Shown piece by piece: positions 9,165-17,985 of a stretch of DNA of 32,000 bases. The translations under genes were made by a program, and so were the position numbers. The notes under the pieces were generated by a model. The model had not been told where the DNA came from. It was given only the letters and a program-made list of their open reading frames with translations, and did no database searches. The number at the start of each line of letters is the position of its first letter. Positions within the stretch are counted from its first letter, which is position 1. The DNA is from an uncultured Fibrobacterota bacterium (GTDB lineage: Bacteria > Fibrobacterota > Fibrobacteria > Fibrobacterales > Fibrobacteraceae): the NCBI GenBank assembly GCA_903876665.1, contig CAIRAY010000133.1, positions 7,742 through 39,741 of the forward strand, written 5' to 3'.

Positions 9165-10030
9165 GAAAGTACCTCGTTAGAAGGGTGTGGTTGTGGAGCT
9201 TGATAGTAAAAACTTTTGCCATGGGTCCTTTGCAGAAACTCTACATTGGTGCCGTACATGCTCTCGGATGATCCCAGAAACAGCATTCCTGCGGGCTCAA
9301 GGATTTTGCGAAGTTGTAGAAGAACGGCGGTCTTCTGCTCGGGAGAAAAATAGATGATCATGTTGCGACAAAAAATGATATCGAACCTTCCCATTTCCAT
9401 GATGGGTCGGGAAAGGTTTACATGCTGAAATGTAACTCGCTTGCGCAGGGATTCCGCAAGGGTCCATTGGTCACCATTTTTGGAAAAATAGCGTTCCCGA
9501 TCTTCGATGGGGAGGTTATGGCCAATCTCCATATCGGTATAACGACCTTGCCGGGCCCGTTCCAATGCGCGGGTAGAAATGTCAATACCGGTAATGGAAA
9601 AATCCTCTGCGGTCCATTCCGGATTCGAGGATTGCCAGTTACTGATGCTCATCGCAAGGGTGTATGGTTCTTGTCCATAACTACACCCAGCGGATAAAAT
9701 TCGAATGCAAGGGGACTTGTGTGTTCTTTTCGCAACCTTTTGCAAGGCCAATGCAGGCAGGATTTGTTCAACCAGGGTCTGAAAATGGAAGGGGTCCCGG
9801 TAAAATCCGCTTTCATGAGTCGTCATAGCCTCAATGGTGGAGCGGATCAGGGATTCCCGGCCTCCGGTGAGCAAGACTAAGAAATCAGAGAAGGAGCCAC
9901 AGCCTTCTTTTTGCAGGAGTTCTCCGAGTCGGGTGGAGAATAAATATTGCTTGGCCTCGGGCACGTCGATACCCGTTTCGCGCAGGAGGAATTTGCGTAG
10001 CAGTTGGAATTCATTTTCGGAGAGTTGCAT
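9152..10030 (-). CDS. cheR: CheR chemotaxis protein methyltransferase
   Basis: N-terminal helical domain (FQLLRKFLLRETGI), SAM-binding RILSAGCSYGQEPYTLAM, and DIIFCRNMIIYF. TAATG junction with cheB. Confidence 0.9.
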   Translation of the reverse strand: MQLSENEFQLLRKFLLRETGIDVPEAKQYLFSTRLGELLQKEGCGSFSDFLVLLTGGRESLIRSTIEAMTTHESGFYRDPFHFQTLVEQILPALALQKVAKRTHKSPCIRILSAGCSYGQEPYTLAMSISNWQSSNPEWTAEDFSITGIDISTRALERARQGRYTDMEIGHNLPIEDRERYFSKNGDQWTLAESLRKRVTFQHVNLSRPIMEMGRFDIIFCRNMIIYFSPEQKTAVLLQLRKILEPAGMLFLGSSESMYGTNVEFLQRTHGKSFYYQAPQPHPSNEVLSWKF

Positions 10031-11079
10031 TAGCCACCTCCCACAAGTTCGTATATGCGATTTGCTATGTCACCTAATGGAACGATTTCATCGGCAATGC
10101 CTGCCCGCACAACGCTTCCGGGCATTCCCCAAACCACGGAACTTTGTTCGTCTTGCACCATCACCGCGCCACCGGATTTTTTAATCTCGATTGCGCCATT
10201 AGTTCCATCGCTCCCCATGCCGGTGAGCACAATGGCCAGGGTCCGGCTCCCCAATACCGGGCATGCTGAACGGAACAGAACGTTGACCGAGGGTCTGCAG
10301 CCATTGTCAGGGGGAGCATCGTTGAGCACCAGGCGAGGCAAGTTTTCGGGGCTGCGCTCCAGTGTGCAATGACGGCCTCCCGGAGCCAGATAGACCCGTC
10401 CTGGCTGAAGAGGCTCACCGTCCTGCGCTTCGCTGACGCGAATGGGACATTTACGATCCAATGCTGCCGCCATGGCCCCGGTAAATTCTTTGGGCATGTG
10501 CAGGACAATCACAATGGGAATGCGGGTAGAAGGGTGGAGGCCTGAAAGTAGTGTTACCAAGGCTTCCGGGCCTCCTGTGGAAACCCCAATCAGAATGGCA
10601 TCAAATTTGGATTCGCCCTTCAGTCGTGGAACAGGTGCCGGGGCAATGTTTGCTTTGGGCCGACTGATTTGCGCCAAGCGGGAGTATTGTTTTATGGAGC
10701 AACAACGAATTTTGGAGAGCAAAAGATTGGATACGGTATGGCTGGTTTCCAACCCAGGGACAACATCAAATGCTCCCACAGCGAGGGCATCGACAATTCG
10801 CTTGGCCCCAGTCGGTTCTTTGCTTTCCGATATGAGGATGATTCCGGCGTGGGATGAAATCTTCCGCGCCTGCACGGTGAATTCCACCAAATCCTGGCGA
10901 TCTTCGAGGAGCACAATGTCAGGGGAAAGTGTGCGCACCAGGTCAAGCCCGGTTTTCATTTCCTTGGCGGTTCCCACGATTTCCATATCCTGGGTGGCCT
11001 GGACGATCCCTTGAACAGATGGACCTTCGGTTGCCGAATTTTTGCTTACGAAAATAATGCGAATTCGGTCCTGATTCAT
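10030..11079 (-). CDS. cheB: CheB methylesterase with a degenerate receiver domain
   Basis: Catalytic Ser (GVSTGGP), His (VLHMP) and Asp (GMGSDG) are present. The N-terminal receiver-like fold lacks the acidic pocket and the acceptor Asp (see findings). ATGA overlap with the cheW stop. Confidence 0.85.
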   Translation of the reverse strand: MNQDRIRIIFVSKNSATEGPSVQGIVQATQDMEIVGTAKEMKTGLDLVRTLSPDIVLLEDRQDLVEFTVQARKISSHAGIILISESKEPTGAKRIVDALAVGAFDVVPGLETSHTVSNLLLSKIRCCSIKQYSRLAQISRPKANIAPAPVPRLKGESKFDAILIGVSTGGPEALVTLLSGLHPSTRIPIVIVLHMPKEFTGAMAAALDRKCPIRVSEAQDGEPLQPGRVYLAPGGRHCTLERSPENLPRLVLNDAPPDNGCRPSVNVLFRSACPVLGSRTLAIVLTGMGSDGTNGAIEIKKSGGAVMVQDEQSSVVWGMPGSVVRAGIADEIVPLGDIANRIYELVGGG

Positions 11080-11561
11080 GCAGTTGCTCCGAGGATTGCG
11101 CCAGCATTGAGGATTACTAGCGGGAGAGGGTCCAATCGAACCACACCTTCGACATAAGAACGGTATTGGGCCAATAGGTGAGAGGGGGCATCCTCAATAC
11201 GGGAAGGCTCAACCGTCACAATGTCCCCTACGGAACCCACAAGGAATCCGACGGGAATCGAACCCAAATAATCGAGGTCGAAATTTGGAGTATAGTCGGA
11301 AACAGCTTCGATCTCACTTGTGGTTTTGAGAATGATGATTTGGGAGTCGTCGGTGATCTGTTGTTCGGAGCCTCCCAGGCTTACCCGGAGGTCTAGTACC
11401 ACCACGACCTGGCCGCGAATGTTGACAACCCCGCTCACATCCCCGACTTTCAATGGCACGGGAGTAATGTGGACCGCAGGGGTAATTTCTTTTACTAGGC
11501 GGATGTCGAATCCGAAGAGTCCACCGGGTACTTGAAAAGAGACGAATTGTTGATGTTTCAT
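11076..11561 (-). CDS. cheW: CheW coupling protein
   Basis: FVSFQVPGGLFGFDIRLVKEI...VNIRGQVVVVLDL is typical CheW. The start is set at the internal ATG 11561, which forms an ATGA overlap with the cheA stop (11558-11560). The track's upstream extension would lie inside cheA. Confidence 0.85.
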   Translation of the reverse strand: MKHQQFVSFQVPGGLFGFDIRLVKEITPAVHITPVPLKVGDVSGVVNIRGQVVVVLDLRVSLGGSEQQITDDSQIIILKTTSEIEAVSDYTPNFDLDYLGSIPVGFLVGSVGDIVTVEPSRIEDAPSHLLAQYRSYVEGVVRLDPLPLVILNAGAILGATA

Positions 11562-14500
11562 GGTGAAAATTCCCGAACCCGCGCCAAAAGGGACTTCACA
11601 GCTTCGCCTAGCATAGGTAAGTTGCTTTTGGTACAAAAGTCGTCGAACCCTGCGTCCAGGGTGCGTGGCCGCATGATTTTTTCGTCCATGGCTGAAATCC
11701 CTAATAGCGGAATATGACTGAAGGCTTCGCTGGATTTAAGGTGCCGCGCCAAATCGAGCCCGTCCATGACTGGCATTTCAATGTCGCTGACCACGCAACT
11801 CACTTCGGTGTTGCGAATGATCTCCAGTGCCTCTTTGCCATTGTTTGCCGTGAGAACCTCGAGGCCGATTCCCCGCAGGTAGGATGTGACAAGGGCCCGA
11901 TAGAGGAAAGAGTCCTCAGCAAGAATGATTCGATTCGCTGCGGCATTGGGCATGTCCAACGAAGACATCCAGCCAGGTTCCACGATTTCAACCAGGGCGC
12001 AAAGGTCCAAAAGGGTAGTCGCGAACCCATTCACAATCTGAGAACCAATGATGGCAGCCTGGTCCGTGGAATGGATCAAATTGGCGTTTTCGACTTCCAC
12101 GATGCCAATGATACTGGAAGCCGCGATCCCCACAGGCTGGCCGATTTTGGGGATAATGACATGCAGGAATTCGTGGTCGTAGAGGGAGGATATGCCCGTG
12201 ATGGCTTGTTCGATGCGAACAAGGGGAATCAGGGAATTTCTGAAGCAAAGGAACTCACGCCCTCGAGCAATTTGGATTTCCTGAATCCGGATCTCATCTA
12301 CCCGCATCAGCAAGCTCAAGGGCACGGCAAATCGTTCTACTCCGTTAGTAAACACCAACATCTTTTGCTGTTCATCCTGGTTGGCAAGGACTTTGGTAGT
12401 CTGGGTTTCGGTCTTTTCGCAGCGGATTCCCCCGGTGCGGGCCAGCTCGGAAACATCTAGAATGAAGGAGGTGGTGCCATCTCCCAGAACCGTTACGCCC
12501 GCATATACCTTGCTCGCCTTGAGCTTGTCATGCAGAGGTTTGACAACGATTTCCTCTGTATCCACAATTCGCTCCACGCATAGGCCAAAGGTGTCGCTTC
12601 CGACGCGCAGCACGATGATGTAGAGGGCATTTTCCAATGCCACCCGCCGATCACGGATTTCTGCCCGCTTCCCGGTGTCGAATTCGCCTCCTTTTTGTCG
12701 GCGATCGGGAGCTTCCTCGCGACGATCCGCCACAATATCTCCGGAAATCGGATCAACGTAGGAGCGAGGGATGTTGAGAACCTTGGAAAGCCGGATAAGG
12801 GGAAGCATGTTTCCCCGGAGCCAATAGACTTCGCTCTCATCGATTTTCTGGATGCATTGGTATACCTCGTCTCCATGCAACCACACCACTTCGATGACAT
12901 TCACCTGGGGAACGGCAAAACACTGTTCCTCTACGGCGAGGATGATGGCTGGAATAATGGCAAGGGTCAGAGGGAGCTGAATGGATATGGTAGATCCGAA
13001 CCCGACCACGGAGGTGATTTCGACGATTCCACCCAATTTTTGTAAGGAGGCCCGGACCACATCCATCCCCACGCCACGTCCTGAAACTTCGGTGATCTGT
13101 TTTGCGGTGGAAAACCCGGGCAGGAATATGAGATTGAGGGCTTCGCGGTCCGAGAGGTCTTCCACCTGGGTTGGGGTCATTAAGCCTTTTTCAACTACGG
13201 CGGCCCGGATTTTTTTGGGATCGATTCCTTTCCCATCATCGGAAACCTGGATATTGACCAAGCCTGCTTGATGCTGGGCTACGAGCGAGATATGACCGAC
13301 AGCGGATTTACCACCCACTCTTCGCTCTTCGGGGGATTCGATTCCGTGATCTACCGCATTACGCACAAGATGCATCAAGGGCTCAACCATGCCATCGACG
13401 ATGCTTTTGTCCAGTTCCACATCGGATCCGCTGATGGTCAGTTCCATCTCTTTGCCCAGGCTGCGACTCAGGTCCCGAATCACCCGGGTAAACCGTCCAA
13501 ATACGCTTCCGATTGCCTGCATGCGGGTTCGCATGACGATGCGCTGGATGTCGGAGGTCACCACATTGAGGCGTTGGTTTACTGCAGAAATTTCGCGGGT
13601 ATTTCCGCTTGACTGCAACTGGGCCGAGCGGTTGCGGACCACAACCAGCTCCCCAGCAAGGTTCATGAGTTTGTCTGCAATTTCCACCGAAATGCGGACG
13701 GTTTGTTCCTGGGAGCGCGAGGCGGGCACCTGCTCCCGGGAAGTTGCAGGGACGGGTGGTTGTGGATTCGCCGTGACTTGGACTTTGGGTACTTCGATGG
13801 GTGGAGGCGCGCTTTCCGCCGGAGCGGGAAATTCTTCCGGCGTGTAATGAACAAAGGACAGCGGCTCGATTTGCAGCCCAGGAAACAGAAGGTCGGGATC
13901 ATCGATCATGGTGGCGAGAAGAAATGAGCAATCGGAAAAGGAAGGGGGAGCTGCAGTGAATGCGCTTGCTTCGGGTTTTGAATCCAGCAGGATTCCGAGG
14001 GATCCAATGGATTCATAGAGTGCAACAGGAGTGGCGGAGCTGCGGGAACATTCCTTATGGGGGTCTAGCAGGATTTCAAAAATATGCAAGCCTTGACTCT
14101 TGGCTTCGCTGGTGTCGTATTTTCGCAAATCAAAAATGGTGGCCGGCACCGCTTTGACGGGATTGGATTGGGGTGATGCGGACTGGGTGGGCTGTTGCGC
14201 AATCCTTTGCAGGTGCTGGAGGATTTGATCCACATCTCCAAGAACGCCCTTTCCGGATAAAATTCCACTTTTTAGCTTGTCCATTCCCTCAAGCAAAGTC
14301 TGGGTGATTTCGGAATTGGGCAAAAGGGTACCGTCTCGGAGCAGACCAGCTACGCTCTCCATGGCGTGGGCGAATTCCTTGACACGGTCGAAGTCCACGC
14401 AGGCTGCACCCCCCTTGATGGTGTGCAGAGCTCGGAACAGGCGGTTCACGGTCTCCTTGTCTTCCCCTGCGCCTTCTTCCAGGGCAAGGATATCCTCCTC

Positions 14501-14563
14501 GGCAGTCACCAGGTGTTCCTGTGCCTCGGTGATAAATTCCTTGATTAAATTGGCGAGATTCAT
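11558..14563 (-). CDS. cheA: Hybrid CheA histidine kinase: HPt, dimerization, HATPase, two CheW-like domains, C-terminal receiver
   Basis: HPt LFRALHTIKGGAA; N-box HLVRNAVDHGIE; G1 DDGKGID; G2 GRGVGMDVV. CheW-like 1 starts at QCFAVPQVNVIEV and CheW-like 2 at KMLVFTNGVERFAVPLSLL. Receiver: IILAEDS...VVSDIEMPVMDG...GISAM...FCTKS. Confidence 0.9.
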   Translation of the reverse strand: MNLANLIKEFITEAQEHLVTAEEDILALEEGAGEDKETVNRLFRALHTIKGGAACVDFDRVKEFAHAMESVAGLLRDGTLLPNSEITQTLLEGMDKLKSGILSGKGVLGDVDQILQHLQRIAQQPTQSASPQSNPVKAVPATIFDLRKYDTSEAKSQGLHIFEILLDPHKECSRSSATPVALYESIGSLGILLDSKPEASAFTAAPPSFSDCSFLLATMIDDPDLLFPGLQIEPLSFVHYTPEEFPAPAESAPPPIEVPKVQVTANPQPPVPATSREQVPASRSQEQTVRISVEIADKLMNLAGELVVVRNRSAQLQSSGNTREISAVNQRLNVVTSDIQRIVMRTRMQAIGSVFGRFTRVIRDLSRSLGKEMELTISGSDVELDKSIVDGMVEPLMHLVRNAVDHGIESPEERRVGGKSAVGHISLVAQHQAGLVNIQVSDDGKGIDPKKIRAAVVEKGLMTPTQVEDLSDREALNLIFLPGFSTAKQITEVSGRGVGMDVVRASLQKLGGIVEITSVVGFGSTISIQLPLTLAIIPAIILAVEEQCFAVPQVNVIEVVWLHGDEVYQCIQKIDESEVYWLRGNMLPLIRLSKVLNIPRSYVDPISGDIVADRREEAPDRRQKGGEFDTGKRAEIRDRRVALENALYIIVLRVGSDTFGLCVERIVDTEEIVVKPLHDKLKASKVYAGVTVLGDGTTSFILDVSELARTGGIRCEKTETQTTKVLANQDEQQKMLVFTNGVERFAVPLSLLMRVDEIRIQEIQIARGREFLCFRNSLIPLVRIEQAITGISSLYDHEFLHVIIPKIGQPVGIAASSIIGIVEVENANLIHSTDQAAIIGSQIVNGFATTLLDLCALVEIVEPGWMSSLDMPNAAANRIILAEDSFLYRALVTSYLRGIGLEVLTANNGKEALEIIRNTEVSCVVSDIEMPVMDGLDLARHLKSSEAFSHIPLLGISAMDEKIMRPRTLDAGFDDFCTKSNLPMLGEAVKSLLARVREFSP

Positions 14564-14580
14564 TCCTTCTCCGCCAAGAT

Positions 14581-16515
14581 TCAGGCAATAATTTTTAGGA
14601 CATCATTCAGCTTCTCGACATCGCTGGAGACCTGGTTAAGCGAGTTGAACATGTCTTGTATGTCTTCCGTGAAGGTCATGGCGGCGGTTTTGGATTGGTG
14701 CATGATTTCGGCTGTAGTCTCCGCCATGGAAAGGGTGCCGGAAATTCTTTCGTTCACATCCCCAATGGCCATTGCCGTACCTGCAATATTTTTCGCAACC
14801 ACATTGGCGCCTTGGGCGATTTCGTTGATGTTGTGCGAAACCTGCTTGGAGGCGTGGGCGGTTTCGGCAATCTGCCGAGCGATGGCACCTGAGCCGGTAG
14901 AGGCTTCGGAGATGTTGCTCGAAATATAGTTGGTGGCCAAGGTTTGTTTCTCCACCATATCCGAAATGACTTTCTGCAGGTGGTTGATGGTATCAATGAT
15001 GGACGAAATCAAGGCAATGGCGGAAACAGCCTTTTGAGTGTCGCCCTGAATTTTTTCGATCCGGGCCGTAATGTCTTCGGTCGCGGTTGCCGTTTGTTTG
15101 GCCAGCTCCTTCACTTCGTTTGCCACCACGGCGAAACCTCGGCCTGCGTCGCCGGCACTTGCCGCTTCGATGGCCGCGTTGAGGGCAAGCAGATTGGTTT
15201 GCTTGGCGATGACCTGGATTACGCTGGTCACTTTGCCGATTTCGTTGGCGCTTTTGCCGAGCATGCCCATGATTTCAGAAGTTTCCTTGGCTGCTACGGA
15301 AGCATTCCCTGCCACGGTGGTGCCTTCACGGGCATTTTGGGCTACGCTGTTGATTGCAGTCGAGAGGTCTTTTACTGCATTGTCCACAATGCGGAAATTG
15401 CTGGACATTTGTTCGGCGGTGGCGGCCACGGAAATCATGGTGGTGCTAATTTCTTCCGAGGTGCTCGCCACGGTATTGATGTTGGTAGAAATCTCTTCCG
15501 CTGCTGTAGCCACGGTGGAGATGGAGGAAGCCATTTTCTCGGAAGATGCCGTTAGGTCCTTGGTATAGTCCTCAAGAATTTTAATGGCCTCAATGCCGGA
15601 GCTAGTCTGAACATCATTTTCCAGAATGGTGTTTGCCATCTTTTCGGCTAAGGATTTCTGCTTGTCTGTCGAGGATCCAATGGCCTTGGCGCAGGTGGCG
15701 ATTTGTTGTTGCGTTTTGTCAATAAGCTGATTGAAAGCCACAAACAGTTCCCCTAACTCGTCTTGCGAGGTGACGGCAAGGTGCTTGGTTCCCGTTTCGC
15801 CATTGTTTTGGGTCACCAGGTTTTGTACATGGAGAATTGACTTTCGCAGAGGAACGGTGATGCTGATTCCAATGCGGTAGGAGAGAGCGAGGAGTCCGAG
15901 CAGGACCAGTATTCCAAAGCCAATTAGGCCCCGCAGAAAGTTTGCGATCATCTGGTTTGCGCTGGCTTCGGAAGCCTGATTGAGCTGGTTGGCCTGGATG
16001 ACGACCTGGTCAATGGCCGCCCGGTGGGCCTTGTATTGTGGCTTCAAAGACTTTTGCAAAACTTCCTGTGCCTGGGGGTAGTTCTTGGCTGCCAGAGCAG
16101 GTAGGAATTCCCTTTTCACGACAGCATAAAACTCCATGGCCGGTTCATAGGCCTTGTCCGTCATGGTCTCTTTTAATTGCCCATCTGGCAAGGCCCGTTG
16201 CCAAAACTTATTGCGGGTTTTGTATTCGGATTCCAGGCCTTGAAGTTTGTCCTTGAGGGCCTGGGATTCACGCGGATCCCGTTCATCCGCCAGCTGTTCG
16301 ACGGTCAGGTAGGACTCGATGATATATTCTGGTGGAGGGAGGATGTCGGCAATTAGGTCTTTTCCATTGACGATTTGTTGGTAAAGATCGCCGTTGATAC
16401 GCAGGGTCATGATTGTTTTGTAGGAGGCAAGGCCGAAAATGAGCAGTGCCGCCAGAGAAAAGGCCACAATTGCAGAAATTTTCCGGGTAATGCTTAAGCG
16501 GTTGAGAATAGCCAT
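14581..16515 (-). CDS. mcp: Methyl-accepting chemotaxis protein (two TM segments, ~165-aa periplasmic domain, HAMP, long signalling domain)
   Basis: Hairpin-tip motif [33 protein letters not shown]; HAMP around [19 protein letters not shown] at 16515 ([12 protein letters not shown]) is preferred over the track's TTG at 16584. GGAGAAGGA Shine-Dalgarno sits in the 17-nt gap before cheA. Confidence 0.9.
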   Translation of the reverse strand: MAILNRLSITRKISAIVAFSLAALLIFGLASYKTIMTLRINGDLYQQIVNGKDLIADILPPPEYIIESYLTVEQLADERDPRESQALKDKLQGLESEYKTRNKFWQRALPDGQLKETMTDKAYEPAMEFYAVVKREFLPALAAKNYPQAQEVLQKSLKPQYKAHRAAIDQVVIQANQLNQASEASANQMIANFLRGLIGFGILVLLGLLALSYRIGISITVPLRKSILHVQNLVTQNNGETGTKHLAVTSQDELGELFVAFNQLIDKTQQQIATCAKAIGSSTDKQKSLAEKMANTILENDVQTSSGIEAIKILEDYTKDLTASSEKMASSISTVATAAEEISTNINTVASTSEEISTTMISVAATAEQMSSNFRIVDNAVKDLSTAINSVAQNAREGTTVAGNASVAAKETSEIMGMLGKSANEIGKVTSVIQVIAKQTNLLALNAAIEAASAGDAGRGFAVVANEVKELAKQTATATEDITARIEKIQGDTQKAVSAIALISSIIDTINHLQKVISDMVEKQTLATNYISSNISEASTGSGAIARQIAETAHASKQVSHNINEIAQGANVVAKNIAGTAMAIGDVNERISGTLSMAETTAEIMHQSKTAAMTFTEDIQDMFNSLNQVSSDVEKLNDVLKIIA

Positions 16516-16631
16516 GAGTGTTTCCTGTTTTCGGAATGATCTTTGAGGTGCGGGTATTCTACCACCAAAGCGGTTCAAAGTCAAGAGAATGGCCTGGGCG
16601 GGCTAGTAATACTGATGTTATCTTTGAAGGC

Positions 16632-17633
16632 ATGAAGAAAGTATCCCTCACTGGCATCAAACCTACCGGCACTCCCCATCTTGGAAATTACCTCGGCGCG
16701 ATCCGGCCGGCCCTAGAACTGGCCCAGACTTACCAGCCTTTTTACTTCATTGCCGATTACCACGCGCTGACTTTGACGGCGATGCATAATGCTCCCGCCC
16801 TTCGGGAGTCCATTTATCAGGTCGCCGCGACTTGGCTTGCCCTGGGTCTGAATCCTGAGGAAGCCTGCTTCTACAAGCAAAGCGATATTCCCGAAATTTT
16901 TGAATTGAATTGGATCTTGAGCTGCTTCACTCCCAAGGGCTTTATGAATCGCGCCCATTCCTACAAGGATAAGGTGGCCAAGAATGTCGCCGATGGTCTG
17001 GATTCCGATGAAAACATCAATATGGGTCTTTTTGGATACCCCTGTCTGATGGATGCAGATATTTTGATGTTCAAGTCCCATGTGATCCCAGTGGGCAAGG
17101 ACCAGAAGCAACATATCGAATTTGCCCGTGATGTGGCGCATCGTTTCAATAATCATTACGGCAAAGACCTGTTTGTTATTCCGGAACCCATGATCCGCGA
17201 AGAAACCGATGTGATCCCCGGACTCGATGGTCGAAAAATGAGCAAGTCCTACGGAAACACCATCGAAATTTTCCTGGAGCCCAAAGCCCTGAAAAAGAAG
17301 ATTGGGTCCATTGTCACCAATTCCCAAGGCGTAGAGGAACCCAAGGACCCAGACACATGCAATGTGTTCAAGCTCTTCAAATTATTCGCGACTGCCGACC
17401 AAAGCGCTGACCTTGCTGCCCGCTACCGTGCTGGTGGACTAGGGTGGGGGCACGCCAAGGCGGAGCTCCATGGAGTCTTGGAGTCCACGTTTTCCGAGGC
17501 CCGTGCCCGCTATAACGTCCTGATGGCCGATACCGCCCTAATCGACAAAATCCTCGCCTACGGAGCGGCCAAAGCACGCCCCGTCGCCAAGACGCTCATT
17601 GAGGAAATCCGCGAAACCATTGGAATTCCATAG
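16632..17633 (+). CDS. trpS: Tryptophanyl-tRNA synthetase
   Basis: HIGH-type TGTPHLGNY, exact KMSKS. The 333-aa product from ATG 16632 is typical bacterial TrpRS; the track's upstream extension is implausible. Confidence 0.9.
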   Translation: MKKVSLTGIKPTGTPHLGNYLGAIRPALELAQTYQPFYFIADYHALTLTAMHNAPALRESIYQVAATWLALGLNPEEACFYKQSDIPEIFELNWILSCFTPKGFMNRAHSYKDKVAKNVADGLDSDENINMGLFGYPCLMDADILMFKSHVIPVGKDQKQHIEFARDVAHRFNNHYGKDLFVIPEPMIREETDVIPGLDGRKMSKSYGNTIEIFLEPKALKKKIGSIVTNSQGVEEPKDPDTCNVFKLFKLFATADQSADLAARYRAGGLGWGHAKAELHGVLESTFSEARARYNVLMADTALIDKILAYGAAKARPVAKTLIEEIRETIGIP

Positions 17634-17662
17634 GGGATGACCCTAGGAAAAACAAAAAAATA

Positions 17663-17684
17663 GCCCCGTTTTGGGGTTGTTTTT
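17663..17684 (+). terminator. Weak rho-independent terminator after trpS
   Basis: CCCC (17664-17667), 5-nt loop, GGGG (17673-17676), then TTGTTTTT. The stem is very short. Confidence 0.4.
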
Positions 17685-17687
17685 CTG

Positions 17688-17743
17688 CTTTTGCATGCCC
17701 GCCTGTCTTTGTCATGCCCAATTGCTTTGTCATGCCCGGCAGG
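17688..17743 (+). repeat. Three tandem copies (19/18-nt spacing) of CTTTG(T)CATGCCC, the last extending to TTGTCATGCCCGGCAGG
   Basis: CATGCC starts at 17694, 17713 and 17731. Same core as the repeats at 8675-8693 and 31862-31880. Confidence 0.75.
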
Positions 17744-17816
17744 GGCATCACCGCACCATTCAGCAATACTCTGTGATATGAGCCTGCCCCCGGAACAGGG
17801 GGTGCCGGGCATGACA
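17728..17816. repeat. Perfect 14-nt inverted repeat TGTCATGCCCGGCA / TGCCGGGCATGACA, 61 nt apart, enclosing a CCCCC-GGAACA-GGGGG hairpin
   Basis: 17728-17741 is the exact reverse complement of 17803-17816. The inner hairpin is at 17787-17802. Confidence 0.75.
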
Positions 17817-17985
17817 CATTTTATGCATCCCAATTTTCATATTTTGGGCCCCGTTTGCATTTTCAAGCATTTCCCCTGGGGCAAAAACCGATATCCTTGC
17901 AATCTTCGGGAAAATTGGGTATCTTGAGTGAAACGCTATTTTTAGCGGAAGTGATTCACTTTTCACAAGATAGGCGGTCTTTGCT

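Noticed and set aside
10442-15568. Long plus-strand ORFs antisense to cheB, cheA and the MCP (10442-11014, 11714-12460, 14944-15555, 15071-15568 and others)
   Set aside because: They lie entirely inside strongly supported minus-strand genes. Their translations are low-complexity (Ala/Gly/Arg-rich) with no motifs. They are shadow ORFs caused by codon bias and the periodic MCP repeats.
16516-16631. T-box or other leader upstream of trpS
   Set aside because: Only ~116 nt are shared with the divergent mcp promoter, too short for a T-box, and I see no specifier/terminator architecture.
17688-17743. Possible CRISPR array, because of regularly spaced direct repeats
   Set aside because: There are only three degenerate ~12-nt repeats with ~7-nt spacers, far too short, and no cas genes are present.
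17845-17860. Sigma-54-like promoter TGGGCCCCGTTTGCAT upstream of the motor operon
   Set aside because: The GG-to-GC spacing is 11 or 10 nt depending on which G pair is used, whereas the consensus TGGCACG-N4-TTGC needs 12. Sigma-54 promoters do not tolerate this.
17887-17894. Sigma-28 (FliA)-like -10 element ACCGATAT upstream of the FliG-like gene
   Set aside because: It matches only the CCGATA core, and no TAAA -35 element lies at the required ~15-nt spacing. It is too weak to call.
17558-17966. Small ORFs (68-91 aa) in the trpS/motor intergenic region
   Set aside because: They are built from the repeat elements and hairpins, use alternative starts, and have no Shine-Dalgarno or protein-like composition. 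The region is better explained as non-coding repeats.
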